From an uncultured bacterium (GTDB taxonomy: Bacteria > Zixibacteria > MSB-5A5 > CAIYYT01), in the NCBI GenBank assembly GCA_963726455.1, contig CAVSCK010000004.1, positions 1,664,001 to 1,728,000 on the forward strand: a DNA stretch of 64,000 bases. Reading direction: 5' to 3'. This document shows positions 10,351 through 20,348 of the stretch, piece after piece. Made by a program: the position numbers and the translations under genes. A model generated the notes under the pieces. It searched no databases. It was given only the letters and a program-made list of their open reading frames with translations, and had not been told where the DNA came from. Each line of letters starts with the position of its first letter. The first letter of the stretch is position 1.

Positions 10351-11709
10351 CTACACAACTCCCTGATCAATCATCGAGTCAGCAACTTTCACGAAACCGG
10401 CGATGTTGGCGCCGTTAACGTAGTTGACAAAATTCCCTTCGCGACCGTATTCAACGCACTGCGCGTGAATGGCCTTCATGATGCCATGCAGGCGCTGGTC
10501 GACTTCTTCGCGGCTCCAGGAAAGACGCAGACTGTTCTGCGACATTTCCAGGCCTGAAGTTGCGACACCACCGGCGTTGGCGGCCTTGCCGGGACCGTAG
10601 AGAATTCTCTTATCGATATAGACTTTGATGGCATCCGGCGTTGACGGCATATTGGAGCCCTCGCTAACCAGATAGACGCCGTTCTTCAGCAAGTTTTCGG
10701 CGTCTTTGCCGTTGATTTCGTTCTGCGTCGCCGACGGAAACGCGCACTGTGCTTTATGATTCCAGAGCGGGTTATAGTCCATCTTGGGATCAATTGCGGT
10801 GTAGACGGCGCTTCTGTACTTGTCGGAATACTCTTTGATTCTGCCGCGGCGGACGTTCTTGAGATCCATGATGAACGCCAATTTTTCGCGATCAATACCG
10901 GCTTCATCATAGATATAGCCGGTTGAATCAGACAGCGTCACAGCTTTGCCGCCGAAATCAAGAATCTTCTCGACAGTGTACTGCGCAACGTTGCCGGAAC
11001 CAGACACCAGGCAGATCTTGTCTTTCAGAGTCTCGTTTCTGGTCGACAACATTTCCTGCGCGAAGTAGACCGAGCCATAACCGGTGGCCTCGGGGCGAAT
11101 CAGACTGCCGCCCCACTTGAGCCCCTTGCCGGTCAGCACGCCGACGAATTCATTGCGAAGCTTCTTGTATTGTCCATACAGGAAACCGATTTCGCGTCCG
11201 CCGACTCCGATGTCGCCGGCCGGCACGTCAGTATCCGGGCCGATATGGCGGAAAAGTTCGCTCATAAAGGCCTGGCAGAATTTCATGACTTCAAGATCGG
11301 ACTTGCCCTTGGGGTCGAAATCCGAGCCACCCTTACCACCGCCCATAGGCAGCGTGGTCAGACTGTTCTTGAAGACTTGCTCGAAGGCAAGAAACTTGAG
11401 AATGCCAAGGTTGACCGTCGGGTGGAAACGCAGACCGCCCTTGTACGGACCGATGGCGCTATTCATCTCGATGCGATAACCACGGTTGACTTGAATTTGT
11501 CCACTGTCGTCGACCCAGGCGACACGAAACATCAGAAGTCTTTCGGGTTCGACAATCCTCTCCAGAACTTTGTGTTCGCGATAAACGGGGTGTTTATCGA
11601 GAAATGGCATCAGGGATTCAACCACTTCCTGGACTGCCTGGTGAAATTCTTTCTCTCCCGGATTCTTCGCAATGACATGCTCCATGAAGGCAGCAACTTT
11701 GCTAGACAT
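10351..11709 (-). CDS. gdhA: NADP-specific glutamate dehydrogenase
   Basis: EFHQAVQEV, GPYKGGLRFHP, FEQVFKNSLTTLPMGGGKGGSDFDPKGKS, DVPAGDIGVG, SGSGNVAQY and NGANIAGFVKVA. Confidence 0.97.
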   Translation of the reverse strand: MSSKVAAFMEHVIAKNPGEKEFHQAVQEVVESLMPFLDKHPVYREHKVLERIVEPERLLMFRVAWVDDSGQIQVNRGYRIEMNSAIGPYKGGLRFHPTVNLGILKFLAFEQVFKNSLTTLPMGGGKGGSDFDPKGKSDLEVMKFCQAFMSELFRHIGPDTDVPAGDIGVGGREIGFLYGQYKKLRNEFVGVLTGKGLKWGGSLIRPEATGYGSVYFAQEMLSTRNETLKDKICLVSGSGNVAQYTVEKILDFGGKAVTLSDSTGYIYDEAGIDREKLAFIMDLKNVRRGRIKEYSDKYRSAVYTAIDPKMDYNPLWNHKAQCAFPSATQNEINGKDAENLLKNGVYLVSEGSNMPSTPDAIKVYIDKRILYGPGKAANAGGVATSGLEMSQNSLRLSWSREEVDQRLHGIMKAIHAQCVEYGREGNFVNYVNGANIAGFVKVADSMIDQGVV

Positions 11710-11808
11710 CGAGATTCTCCTTATATCTATAAAGGTGTGTTTGGAAACAAACCTTCATCCGTCAAATTAAAAAAGTTGCAACAAGGAATGGCTCGCCGCG
11801 AGTCATCT

Positions 11809-11826
11809 TTGTTACAAATTTCACAA
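11809..11826. promoter_or_regulatory. Palindromic operator (Rex/CRP-type) in the divergent gdhA / Fd-methyltransferase promoter region
   Basis: TTGTTAC-AAAT-TTCACAA, 12 of 14 matches to TTGTGAA-N4-TTCACAA. Confidence 0.5.
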
Positions 11827-12056
11827 GGAAGTAAACAGAGGAAGCGCCCAGAGTCAAGGAAAATATTAGCCGAAAGTCGAAAAACGATTAGAATAATCAG
11901 CTTTACTTTGGGGTAATTATTGTGGCAGCGGGGCGGAACACGAAGCTTGTGCAGCGTCGGTCTGGCGATGAAATTGTTGTGGTTATCATCAAGAACGAAA
12001 CCCAGTTGCGTACGATTTGTACGAGAAGCATGTCTTGAGAAACCATCGGAGGAACC

Positions 12057-13418
12057 ATGGAACCGTTCAAATACCATGTTTACGTCTGCGATCAGCACAA
12101 GCCGGAGGGTGCACCCTGCTGTGCGGCACGCGGTTCGGGGAAGGTTATTGAAGCACTTCGGCGTGAAATCGGAATCAAAGGACTCGCGAACGAAGTGCAA
12201 GTCACAGCTTGCGGTTCGCTTGGCATGTGTGAACGTGGGCCGAATATGGTGGTCTATCCTGACGGAATTTGGTATTCGGGCGTTCAGCCCGAAGATGTCC
12301 CGGAGATTGTCGCCAGTCATTTTGTCGGAGGAAAACCGGTTGAGCGGCTGGTCAACCATGATGCCGGTGTCTTGAAGTCCGAGATTGCAGGCAATCGCAG
12401 CAAGATGATGGAAGCGATGTCCATGCGCGACAAGGCGGGCATTCTTCCCGACGATTTGCAGCTTATGATAAATGGCTTTCGCGAAAGTCGCGTGATATTG
12501 ACCGCCATAGAACTTGACTTGTTCACTGCTGTTGGAGAGGGCTCGACCAGTGGCGAAGTAGCTAAACGATTGAAGACAGATGAGCGAGCAACTGAAATGA
12601 TCTTGAACGCTATGGTCGCGATTGAACTGCTGGAAAAGCAGGGCCACACGTTTCGGAATTCGCCGGTTGCGACCCGGTTCTTTGCCGCGGGTTCACCGCA
12701 CGATTCACGGCTGAGTTTGAAACATACAGTAAATCTTTGGCCGCGCTGGTCAACGCTGACGGAATGCGTCCGCACGGGGACATCGGTCACATACAAAGAA
12801 TTCGCCGACCGGGACGACAACTGGACGAATTCCTTTATCGCCGCCATGCATGCCAACGCATCGCTGAGAGCGCAACAGGTTGCGAACGCCGTTGACGCGG
12901 GCAGGTTTCAAAGGATGCTTGATGTTGGCGGAGGTTCCGGCGCCTACTCAATCGAATTCGCTCGGGTGAATCCGCGACTACATGCGGTCGTACTCGACCT
13001 GCCCACTGTTGTGCCCTTGACTCAAAGTTACATAGCAGAGGCGAATCTGTCTGACCGTATCACAACGCAAATCGGTGACATGTGCACCGACGATTTCGGC
13101 AACGGCTTTGATCTGGTAATCATGTCAGCCATCTGCCACATGCACAGCCCGAAGACGAATATCGAACTGTTTCGGAAATCGTTCGACGCCTTATCACAAA
13201 ATGGTCAGATAATTGTACAGGATTTCATTCTGGAGCCGGGCAAAACGTCCCCGCGTTCGGGGGCGCTGTTTGCTTTGAATATGTTGGTTGGTACGCGGGA
13301 GGGAAGCACATACAGTGGAGACGAATACCAGCAATGGTTGCGGAGTGCCGGGTTCACGGAGGTCAAATACTTGCCGTTTCCGGGACCGACGGGGCTGATG
13401 ATGGGAACGAAACGGTGA
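12057..13418 (+). CDS. Thioredoxin-like [2Fe-2S] ferredoxin domain fused to a SAM-dependent O-methyltransferase (dimerisation plus Methyltransf_2)
   Basis: HVYVC..PCC..TACGSLGMCERGPNMVVYPDGIWY N-terminus; TAIELDLF dimerisation wHTH; LDVGGGSG SAM motif. Confidence 0.88.
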   Translation: MEPFKYHVYVCDQHKPEGAPCCAARGSGKVIEALRREIGIKGLANEVQVTACGSLGMCERGPNMVVYPDGIWYSGVQPEDVPEIVASHFVGGKPVERLVNHDAGVLKSEIAGNRSKMMEAMSMRDKAGILPDDLQLMINGFRESRVILTAIELDLFTAVGEGSTSGEVAKRLKTDERATEMILNAMVAIELLEKQGHTFRNSPVATRFFAAGSPHDSRLSLKHTVNLWPRWSTLTECVRTGTSVTYKEFADRDDNWTNSFIAAMHANASLRAQQVANAVDAGRFQRMLDVGGGSGAYSIEFARVNPRLHAVVLDLPTVVPLTQSYIAEANLSDRITTQIGDMCTDDFGNGFDLVIMSAICHMHSPKTNIELFRKSFDALSQNGQIIVQDFILEPGKTSPRSGALFALNMLVGTREGSTYSGDEYQQWLRSAGFTEVKYLPFPGPTGLMMGTKR

Positions 13419-13480
13419 GCGAGCGCCGAATTATGGGGGCAAGCAGTTGAATTTGAATTCCTACTAGTGTATGATAGGGT

Positions 13481-14158
13481 ATGTCCAACTCCGAATTGCT
13501 GCATAACAGCCAACTGTGCTTCCACCTCACTCCTCCGGAGATGGAGCAATTGCTTAGGATTGTCGCCATACGTGATGTCGCCAAAGGGGAGCTGATCTTT
13601 CTGGAAGGCGATGAAGCAGCGGGGTTCTACGTTCTGCTTCGTGGAAGTGTCAGAGTATACAAGGCATCACCTGACGGGCGTGAATACACACTGCATCGTA
13701 TCAAACCGGGACAGGTTTTCGCCGAGGCAGCAGTTTTTCACGGAGGGAAATATCCTGCCAATTGCGAAGCGATTTCGGGTGCGACAGTTGCTTTCTTCCC
13801 CAAAGTCGACTTTGTTCGTTTGATCGAGCAGAATCCGCAGATGTCGCTCAAAATGATAGGGAGCATGGCGGCGTTTCTGCGCGACTTCAATCAGACCATC
13901 GAAATGCTTTCCCTAAAAGAGGTCTCAGCGCGCCTGGCATCTTGGCTATTAAACGCAACGGAGAAATCGAGAACTAATGTGGTACTGCTGCAAATGACCA
14001 AGGGCGACCTGGCCGACTTGTTGGGATCGGCAAACGAAACGCTCTCACGTAATTTGCGTAAGCTGACCGACCTGAAGATAATCGCGGTTGATAACAAAGA
14101 GATCACAATTCTCGATCCGAAGCGGCTTGAACTGATTGCTTCAGGAGAGAAAGTCTAA
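13481..14158 (+). CDS. Crp/Fnr-family transcriptional regulator (DNR/HcpR-like, no FNR Cys cluster)
   Basis: cNMP-binding-fold motifs (IFLEGD, FAEAAVF, YPAN); HTH with ETLSR recognition helix. Confidence 0.93.
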   Translation: MSNSELLHNSQLCFHLTPPEMEQLLRIVAIRDVAKGELIFLEGDEAAGFYVLLRGSVRVYKASPDGREYTLHRIKPGQVFAEAAVFHGGKYPANCEAISGATVAFFPKVDFVRLIEQNPQMSLKMIGSMAAFLRDFNQTIEMLSLKEVSARLASWLLNATEKSRTNVVLLQMTKGDLADLLGSANETLSRNLRKLTDLKIIAVDNKEITILDPKRLELIASGEKV

Positions 14159-14271
14159 GCCCTTTCCCTACCCTCCCTTCCTTAGCGCCTCCACCTTAAC
14201 GCATTGCGACACAATCGGTTTACGCTGTAGTCAACTCGCGGCGCCGTCGACCGGAGAAAATGTCGCGAAAA

Positions 14272-14312
14272 TTGACTTAGGTCAAATCCATTGTGGACTG
14301 TGTCGCTAGATT
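14272..14312 (+). promoter_or_regulatory. FNR-type palindrome and -10 element (class II activated promoter)
   Basis: TTGAC-TTAG-GTCAA at 14272-14285 and TAGATT at 14307-14312, which places the site near -41.5. Confidence 0.75.
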
Positions 14313-14355
14313 ATGTCCATCGCCGCCGATAGTGCACGTAGAGGATTGTGGGAAT

Positions 14356-15489
14356 ATGGCAAGTACGAAGAGAGATACAATGAATGTCGAATCGGGCACC
14401 GAGCCGATCAAGGCATCAAAACCTATCCGCAACATCGAGAAATCGATGCAGAGTTACCGCCTTGCGATTCAAGTGGCGTTCGTACTGCTCTGCATCTGGA
14501 TCGGGATCGAATTTCACTTCTTCGTGAGATATCTGGAATCAGGAGGCACAAAGACACTCGTCAACCGCCCGCCGGGGGTCGAAGGATTCCTGCCGATCAG
14601 CTCGCTGATGAGTCTTTACTATTTCTTCCAGACCGGCGAAATTCATTCCGCTCATCCGGCGGGATTGTTCATTCTGGTCGCGATTCTGGTCATGTCGCTC
14701 GTCTTCGGCAAGGTCTTTTGCTCGTGGCTGTGTCCAATCGGGTTTATTTCGGAAGTCCTCGGTGATCTCGGCGACAAGGTGTTTAAGAAAAGATTGCGGC
14801 TGCCGCGCATGTTGGATTGGCCGCTGCGAACGATCAAGTATCTGCTCTTAGGATTCTTCGTTTACGTGATTTTCTTTGCGATGTCATCTCTGGCGCTGCG
14901 GGCGTTTCTCGACAGCGCCTATAATCAAACGGCGGACATCAAAATGTATTATTTCTTCGCGGAGATTTCGCCTTTCGCGTTGGGAGTGATACTCGCGCTG
15001 GTGCTACTATCAATAGTCATCAGGGGATTTTGGTGCCGCTATCTCTGCCCGTACGGAGCGCTTTTGGGCATTCTCTCGATTCTGAGTCCGCAAAAAATCA
15101 AACGCAATCCATCAAGTTGCATTGACTGCGGCAAGTGCGCCAAGGCCTGTCCGGCCTTTATCCAGGTAGACAAAGTCAATTCGGTGTTGTCGGATGAGTG
15201 CACCTCGTGCCTGAGTTGCGTCGATGTCTGTCCGGTCGCCGACACATTGGGACTGCATTCAGTTGTGGCGCGACGCAAAGTTTCAAAGAGACTCGTGGCG
15301 CCGATAACGGTCGGTATCTTCATAATCTTCACCGGAATTGCGATGCTGACCGGCCACTGGCGGAACAACATAACGACACAGGAATACCTTCAACATGAGC
15401 AGAACGTTAAGAGTTACGGGCATCCGATGACAGGCAACGAGATGTCAAGATTTGATCACGAGCATTCTCACAGTGATGAGCAAAAATAA
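14356..15489 (+). CDS. Membrane 4Fe-4S ferredoxin-type protein (NapH/YccM-like)
   Basis: FCSWLCPIG and WCRYLCPYG motifs, two CxxCxxCxxxCP clusters and several TM helices; start may be 14356 or 14380. Confidence 0.88.
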   Translation: MASTKRDTMNVESGTEPIKASKPIRNIEKSMQSYRLAIQVAFVLLCIWIGIEFHFFVRYLESGGTKTLVNRPPGVEGFLPISSLMSLYYFFQTGEIHSAHPAGLFILVAILVMSLVFGKVFCSWLCPIGFISEVLGDLGDKVFKKRLRLPRMLDWPLRTIKYLLLGFFVYVIFFAMSSLALRAFLDSAYNQTADIKMYYFFAEISPFALGVILALVLLSIVIRGFWCRYLCPYGALLGILSILSPQKIKRNPSSCIDCGKCAKACPAFIQVDKVNSVLSDECTSCLSCVDVCPVADTLGLHSVVARRKVSKRLVAPITVGIFIIFTGIAMLTGHWRNNITTQEYLQHEQNVKSYGHPMTGNEMSRFDHEHSHSDEQK

Positions 15490-15504
15490 GAAAGGGTCAT
15501 AACG

Positions 15505-16740
15505 ATGAGCGAACTGATTAACAATGCGGAGAGGCGCAAGGAAACTCTCAAGCATCTGATTCTGCAACTCCACAAGGGTGAAACAGCAGGCGCCGTGCGC
15601 ACGCAGTTGCTGCACTTGCTGGGCGAGGTTCCCTATCACGAAGTGGTGGCGATCGAACAGGAGTTGATCGCTGAAGGGATGCCGACGCAGGAAGTTCTCA
15701 GCTTTTGCGACCTTCACAGCGCCGCGCTCAAAGGGCAGATCGTCCATGAAGGAAGCAAGATCCCGCCACCAGGGCATCCGGTCGACACCTTCATTAAGGA
15801 GAATCGCGCGATCGACTGGGAGTTGAAGTCGCTCACGGAATTATTTGAAGAGATTGATGGCCTCGAAGGCGAAGCTATGGCAGAGAGTCTCGCCGCGAAA
15901 ATAAGAATTCACTTCAACGCTCTGGCTGATGTCAATAAACACTATCGCCGCAAAGAGAATCTGGTGTTCCCATTTCTGGAGCAACATGGCATCACCGGGC
16001 CGCCGACGGTCATGTGGGGCAAACATGATGAAATCCGCGAATTGTTACAGGCGGCAGATGAGGCGTTGCGAAGCACGCCATCACTCACGGCAAACGAACT
16101 GCGCAGTCTGATCGGATTTGTATTGCGGCCGACCATGGACGCCATTTCCGAGATGATTTACAAGGAAGAGCACATTTTGTTTCCGATGTGTATGGACACT
16201 CTCAGCGAGAAGGAATGGTATCAGGTCTATTCGCAAAGTATCGAGATCGGTTACTGTCTGCTTGATCCGGCTGATGAATGGGAGCCACAGGAAACGGATT
16301 CGGCAGTGCCTGAGGATTCAAAGGACGGGCGCATTCAATTGCCCAGTGGCAATTTTACAGCGACGGAACTCACGGCGATCCTGAACACCATACCGTTCGA
16401 TCTGACCTTCGTGGATAAAGACGATACCGTGCGGTACTTCACTCAAGGACGCGAAAGAATTTTCGATCGAAATCGCGCGATTCTTGGCCGTAAAGTGCAA
16501 ATGTGCCACCCGCCTAATAGCGTCCATATCGTGCAGAAGATTCTTGACGACTTCAAGTCAGGCGCGGCCTCCAGGGCACCGTTCTGGATAAGCCTCAAGG
16601 GACGTTTCATTCACATTGAATATGTCGCTTTGCGCGACAAGCACGGCGCATATCTGGGGACGCTGGAAGTCAGTCAGGATCTGACCGAAAAGCGCGGATT
16701 GACAGGTGAACAACGTTTACTCTCTTATGTGAAGGAGTAA
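15505..16740 (+). CDS. DUF438 / hemerythrin / PAS_10 domain protein
   Basis: LHKG..EQELIAEG..CDLHS (DUF438); HYRRKENLVFP..MWGKHDEIR..KEEHILFP (hemerythrin); TFVDKDD..CHPP (PAS_10). Confidence 0.88.
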   Translation: MSELINNAERRKETLKHLILQLHKGETAGAVRTQLLHLLGEVPYHEVVAIEQELIAEGMPTQEVLSFCDLHSAALKGQIVHEGSKIPPPGHPVDTFIKENRAIDWELKSLTELFEEIDGLEGEAMAESLAAKIRIHFNALADVNKHYRRKENLVFPFLEQHGITGPPTVMWGKHDEIRELLQAADEALRSTPSLTANELRSLIGFVLRPTMDAISEMIYKEEHILFPMCMDTLSEKEWYQVYSQSIEIGYCLLDPADEWEPQETDSAVPEDSKDGRIQLPSGNFTATELTAILNTIPFDLTFVDKDDTVRYFTQGRERIFDRNRAILGRKVQMCHPPNSVHIVQKILDDFKSGAASRAPFWISLKGRFIHIEYVALRDKHGAYLGTLEVSQDLTEKRGLTGEQRLLSYVKE

Positions 16741-16743
16741 AGA

Positions 16744-17277
16744 ATGGCACAGACAAAACAACAAGATGCGATAACACCCGACAGCAGGATTGGTGTGCTA
16801 CTTGAACAATATCCTCAGTTGGAACAGAAACTGCTCCAGATGTCGCCGGCGTACTCCTATCTGCGCAATCCCATTCTGCGCCGGACTGTGGCTAAAGTGG
16901 CAACGCTGCGGCAGGTCGCCAGGATCGGCGACATCCCGATTGCCACGCTGATCAATACGTTGCGACAGGCGGCGGGCATCGCGGACGAATGGACCGAACA
17001 GAACACCACTTCGAGTACTGGCGCCGCACCTGGCTGGATGCAAGATGCCAAGGTTTTGCAGACACTAGATGCACGCCCCATCATTGCCGGAGGCGGTCAT
17101 CCGATGGAGCGAGTTCTATCCGAGATGAAAGATCTGCCCGCCGGCGGAATCTTCCTGTTGGTTACACCGTTCTTACCGGCGCCATTGCTTGACATTATCA
17201 GGAAGAAAGGTTACGAGGTCTGGACGGAAACCAAGAGCCCGGCGCTATTTGAGAACTACCTGTTCAAAGCGCACTGA
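16744..17277 (+). CDS. DUF1858 plus DUF2249 domain protein
   Basis: ITPDSRIGVLLEQYP..LRNPILRRTVAKVATL N-terminus; LDARP..HP..TPFLPAPL C-terminus. Confidence 0.75.
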   Translation: MAQTKQQDAITPDSRIGVLLEQYPQLEQKLLQMSPAYSYLRNPILRRTVAKVATLRQVARIGDIPIATLINTLRQAAGIADEWTEQNTTSSTGAAPGWMQDAKVLQTLDARPIIAGGGHPMERVLSEMKDLPAGGIFLLVTPFLPAPLLDIIRKKGYEVWTETKSPALFENYLFKAH

Positions 17278-17407
17278 AGGCGGAGATATTTTGCAGTTCC
17301 CTGGGAATACCCGCGGATCCAAATTACCGGATGGGACAGCAAACAAAGGCGCGGAAACGCGCAGAAATGCCCTGGAAGCTTACCAAAATAAAGCTCTCCT
17401 TTGCCTG

Positions 17408-17436
17408 TTGACATGGAAAAAGTGCCGACATATATT
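17408..17436 (+). promoter_or_regulatory. sigma70 promoter of tRNA-Gln
   Basis: TTGACA, 17 nt, TATATT, ending 17 nt before the tRNA. Confidence 0.8.
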
Positions 17437-17453
17437 AGTGGCCACCAAATCAC

Positions 17454-17527
17454 TGGGAGATGGTGAAATGGTATCACTACTGACTCTGGATCAGTCGTTC
17501 GGGGTTCGAATCCCTGTCTCCCAGCCA
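17454..17527 (+). tRNA. tRNA-Gln (anticodon CTG)
   Basis: Acceptor stem TGGGAGA/TCTCCCA, anticodon arm ACTGA-CTCTGGA-TCAGT, T-loop GTTCGAATC and encoded CCA. Confidence 0.97.
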
Positions 17528-17776
17528 CTTTTTGTCACACAATGACCTGCAGACTGAGCCAAGATTTTTCCCCAGCCCCATTCTTTTGGGCGAGTCACGA
17601 AAAAGAGACTGAGGTTAGTGAATATACTGGGTGTTGGATCGTCCGTGATCGCTCTCCTGACCAAAGAAGCCGGCAACACGGCTTCAACAAAACATCCTAA
17701 CCAGCTATTAGCCCAAGCCCCACTTCTGCTTAGATTCAGCTGACGCCAACCACAAGTTAGCGACTTAGTCCCTTTT

Positions 17777-17821
17777 TCATCCCTTTGGACGATGGATTTG
17801 TCGTGCCTCTCTCCGTAACTT
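17777..17821 (+). promoter_or_regulatory. Shared island promoter motif, copy 1 (upstream of GT4/GH130)
   Basis: TCATCC-CTTT-GGACGA, TGGATT, 17 nt ending CTCTCCG, TAACTT. Confidence 0.6.
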
Positions 17822-18033
17822 CTAGTAACGCCCGGAAAATACCCGGCGCCCGTTAATACGCGTGGCGACTGAAGTTAACAGAATTCCCGATGTATAGGGC
17901 GAGGTTTCCGGCGACTATTTTGCGATGATCTGAGCGCGGTCTTAAGCAGTTGCGTTCGCACATAGGAAACACGTGTGGGATGGTCCTTTTGCGTCGCTTC
18001 ACCAGGTCGAAACAAGAATAATGAGGTACACAA

Positions 18034-20348
18034 GTGGCTGTGAATAAGGAAATGCTGGTGGCGGAACAGAGCTTAGTGAATTCGACTCTTGGCCGAGTAG
18101 CCTTTGTCGGCAATTATCTGCCGCGCCGGTGCGGCATTGCCACGTTTACCACCGATTTGTGTGAAGCTATTGCAGCGGAGTTTGGTGACATAACTTGCTT
18201 TGCAATGCCCGTCAATGATATTGCAGAGGGTTATGCATATCCACCTCGCGTTCGATTTGAGCTGACCGAGAGAGATATTGAATCCTACCGCCGCGCAGCG
18301 AGCTTTCTAAACATCAACAGTGTTGATTTGACGTGCCTGCAGTTTGAATACGGTATCTTTGGTGGACGCGTGGGCAGTCACGTCCTCGCTCTCTTGCGTG
18401 AATTGCGCATGCCAGTTGTCACAACTCTGCACACAATCCTCGTCGAACCAGATCCCTATCAGCGACAAGTTCTGGAGGAAGTTGCGTCTCTTTCAGATCG
18501 ATTGGTCGTCATGAGCGACCGCGGCAAGGACATGCTGGAAGAAATCTATCACATCCCTTCCGAGAAGATAGATATGATCCCCCACGGCATTCCTGACGTG
18601 CCATTTGTAGACCCCAGCTTCCACAAGGACCTGTTCGGGGTTGAAGGCAAGATGGTACTGCTCAGTTTTGGCTTGCTCTCCGCAAGCAAGGGAATCGAGA
18701 ATGTCATCGAAGCACTGCCGGCAGTTCTTGGTCGATCATCCAAATGTAGTATACATCATCTTGGGCGAGACCCACCCGCACGTGAAAAAGGTCGAAGGCG
18801 AGGCATACCGACTGTCTTTGCAGTGGCTGGCTCGTGAGAGAGGCGTGGAAAGCAACGTCATTTTCTACAACCAATTCGTCAGCCTGGAGGAACTCATTGA
18901 ATTCATTGGCGCCGCAGACATTTACATTACGCCTTATCTGAACAAGGCACAGATTACTTCTGGGACGCTTGCATACACTCTGGGTGCGGGCAAAGCCGTG
19001 ATTTCAACGCCGTATTGGTATGCAGAAGAAATGCTGGCCGAAGACCGGGGCGTACTGGTGCCGTTCGCCGACCCCCCCGCTCTGGCTGAGAAGATTATCG
19101 ATCTACTAGATGATGAAGCCAAACGCCATGCGATGCGCAAAAGAGCCTATTTGTTCGGGCGGGAGATGATCTGGCCGCAGGTGGCTCGGCGTTACCGGGA
19201 GAGTTTTGATCGAGCTCGAGCCGAACGGCGGCATTACAGTAATCGCGGCTTTGCCGTCAAGGCTCTCAACCAGTATCCGGGTGAACTCCCACCGCTCAAA
19301 CTCGATCACCTGCGTAACATGACAGACGAGACCGGAGTCCTGCAGCATGCGATATTCACGGTTCCGAACTATAATGAAGGATACACCACCGACGACAACG
19401 CCCGCGCTCTAATCGTGAGCGCCCTCCTGGAAGATCTGGGTGATCAAGAGGCATTCGGACTTGCGTCCCGTTATCTTGCCTTCATTTGGTATGCTTACAA
19501 TGGCGAGACCCGGCGCTTTCGAAATTTCATGACGTACCAACGGACCTGGCAGGAAGAAACTGGATCCGACGACAGCCATGGCCGGGCTTTGTGGGCACTC
19601 GGAACGGTCTTAGGCAGCTCTCACACACCGGCGTTGCACAGTATGGCCGGCTGGTTGTTCGAGAAAGCTTTGCCGGCAATTAGCGACACTACAAGTCCTC
19701 GGGCCTGGGCATTTGCGCTGATCGGCATTCACGAGTACATGCGTCGATTTGCCGGAGACCGTCGAGCCAGTCAGGTTCGAGAGGAGTTGTCCGCGCGCTT
19801 GTTGGCGCTATATCAAAGAAACCGTACGGACGAATGGCGGTGGTACGAGGAAGGATTGACTTACTGCAACGCGGCCCTTGCCCCATGCCTTACTCCTATG
19901 CGGTCGATGGATTCCTAATCCTGCCATGTTTGATGCAGGACTGGAGTCGCTGAACTGGTTGGCCGAACTGCAGCGGGCCAACAAAGGAGGTCATTTTGTC
20001 CCGATCGGGTCGAATGGGTTCTACCGCAAGGGAGGCGATCGTGCGCGATTTGATCAACAGCCGGTAGAAGGTCAGGCAATGGTGTCTGCATGTCTTGAAG
20101 CATTCCGGATCACCCGAGACGAACGTTGGAACAAAGAGGCCCGCCGAGCTTTCGAGTGGTTCCTGGGACGCAACGACTTGAATACTTCCATATATGATCC
20201 TACAACAGGCGGCTGTCGAGACGGATTGCATCCCGACCGACCCAACGAAAATCTAGGCGCGGAGTCTACGCTTGCATTTCTTCAGTCTTTGCTGGAACTG
20301 CGCCTGGCAGAGAACACCTTCGTACCCGTGGAGACACAATCCAGATGA
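18034..20348 (+). CDS. GT4 glycosyltransferase with C-terminal (alpha/alpha)6 glycosidase-like domain; apparent +1 insertions near 18730 and 19877
   Basis: PRRCGIATFT, EYGIFGG, GETHP, SGTLAY and STPYWYAEE (GT-B); GYTTDDNARAL, DDSHGRA, FDQQPVE and GAESTLA; three overlapping ORFs join into about 770 aa. Confidence 0.85.
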
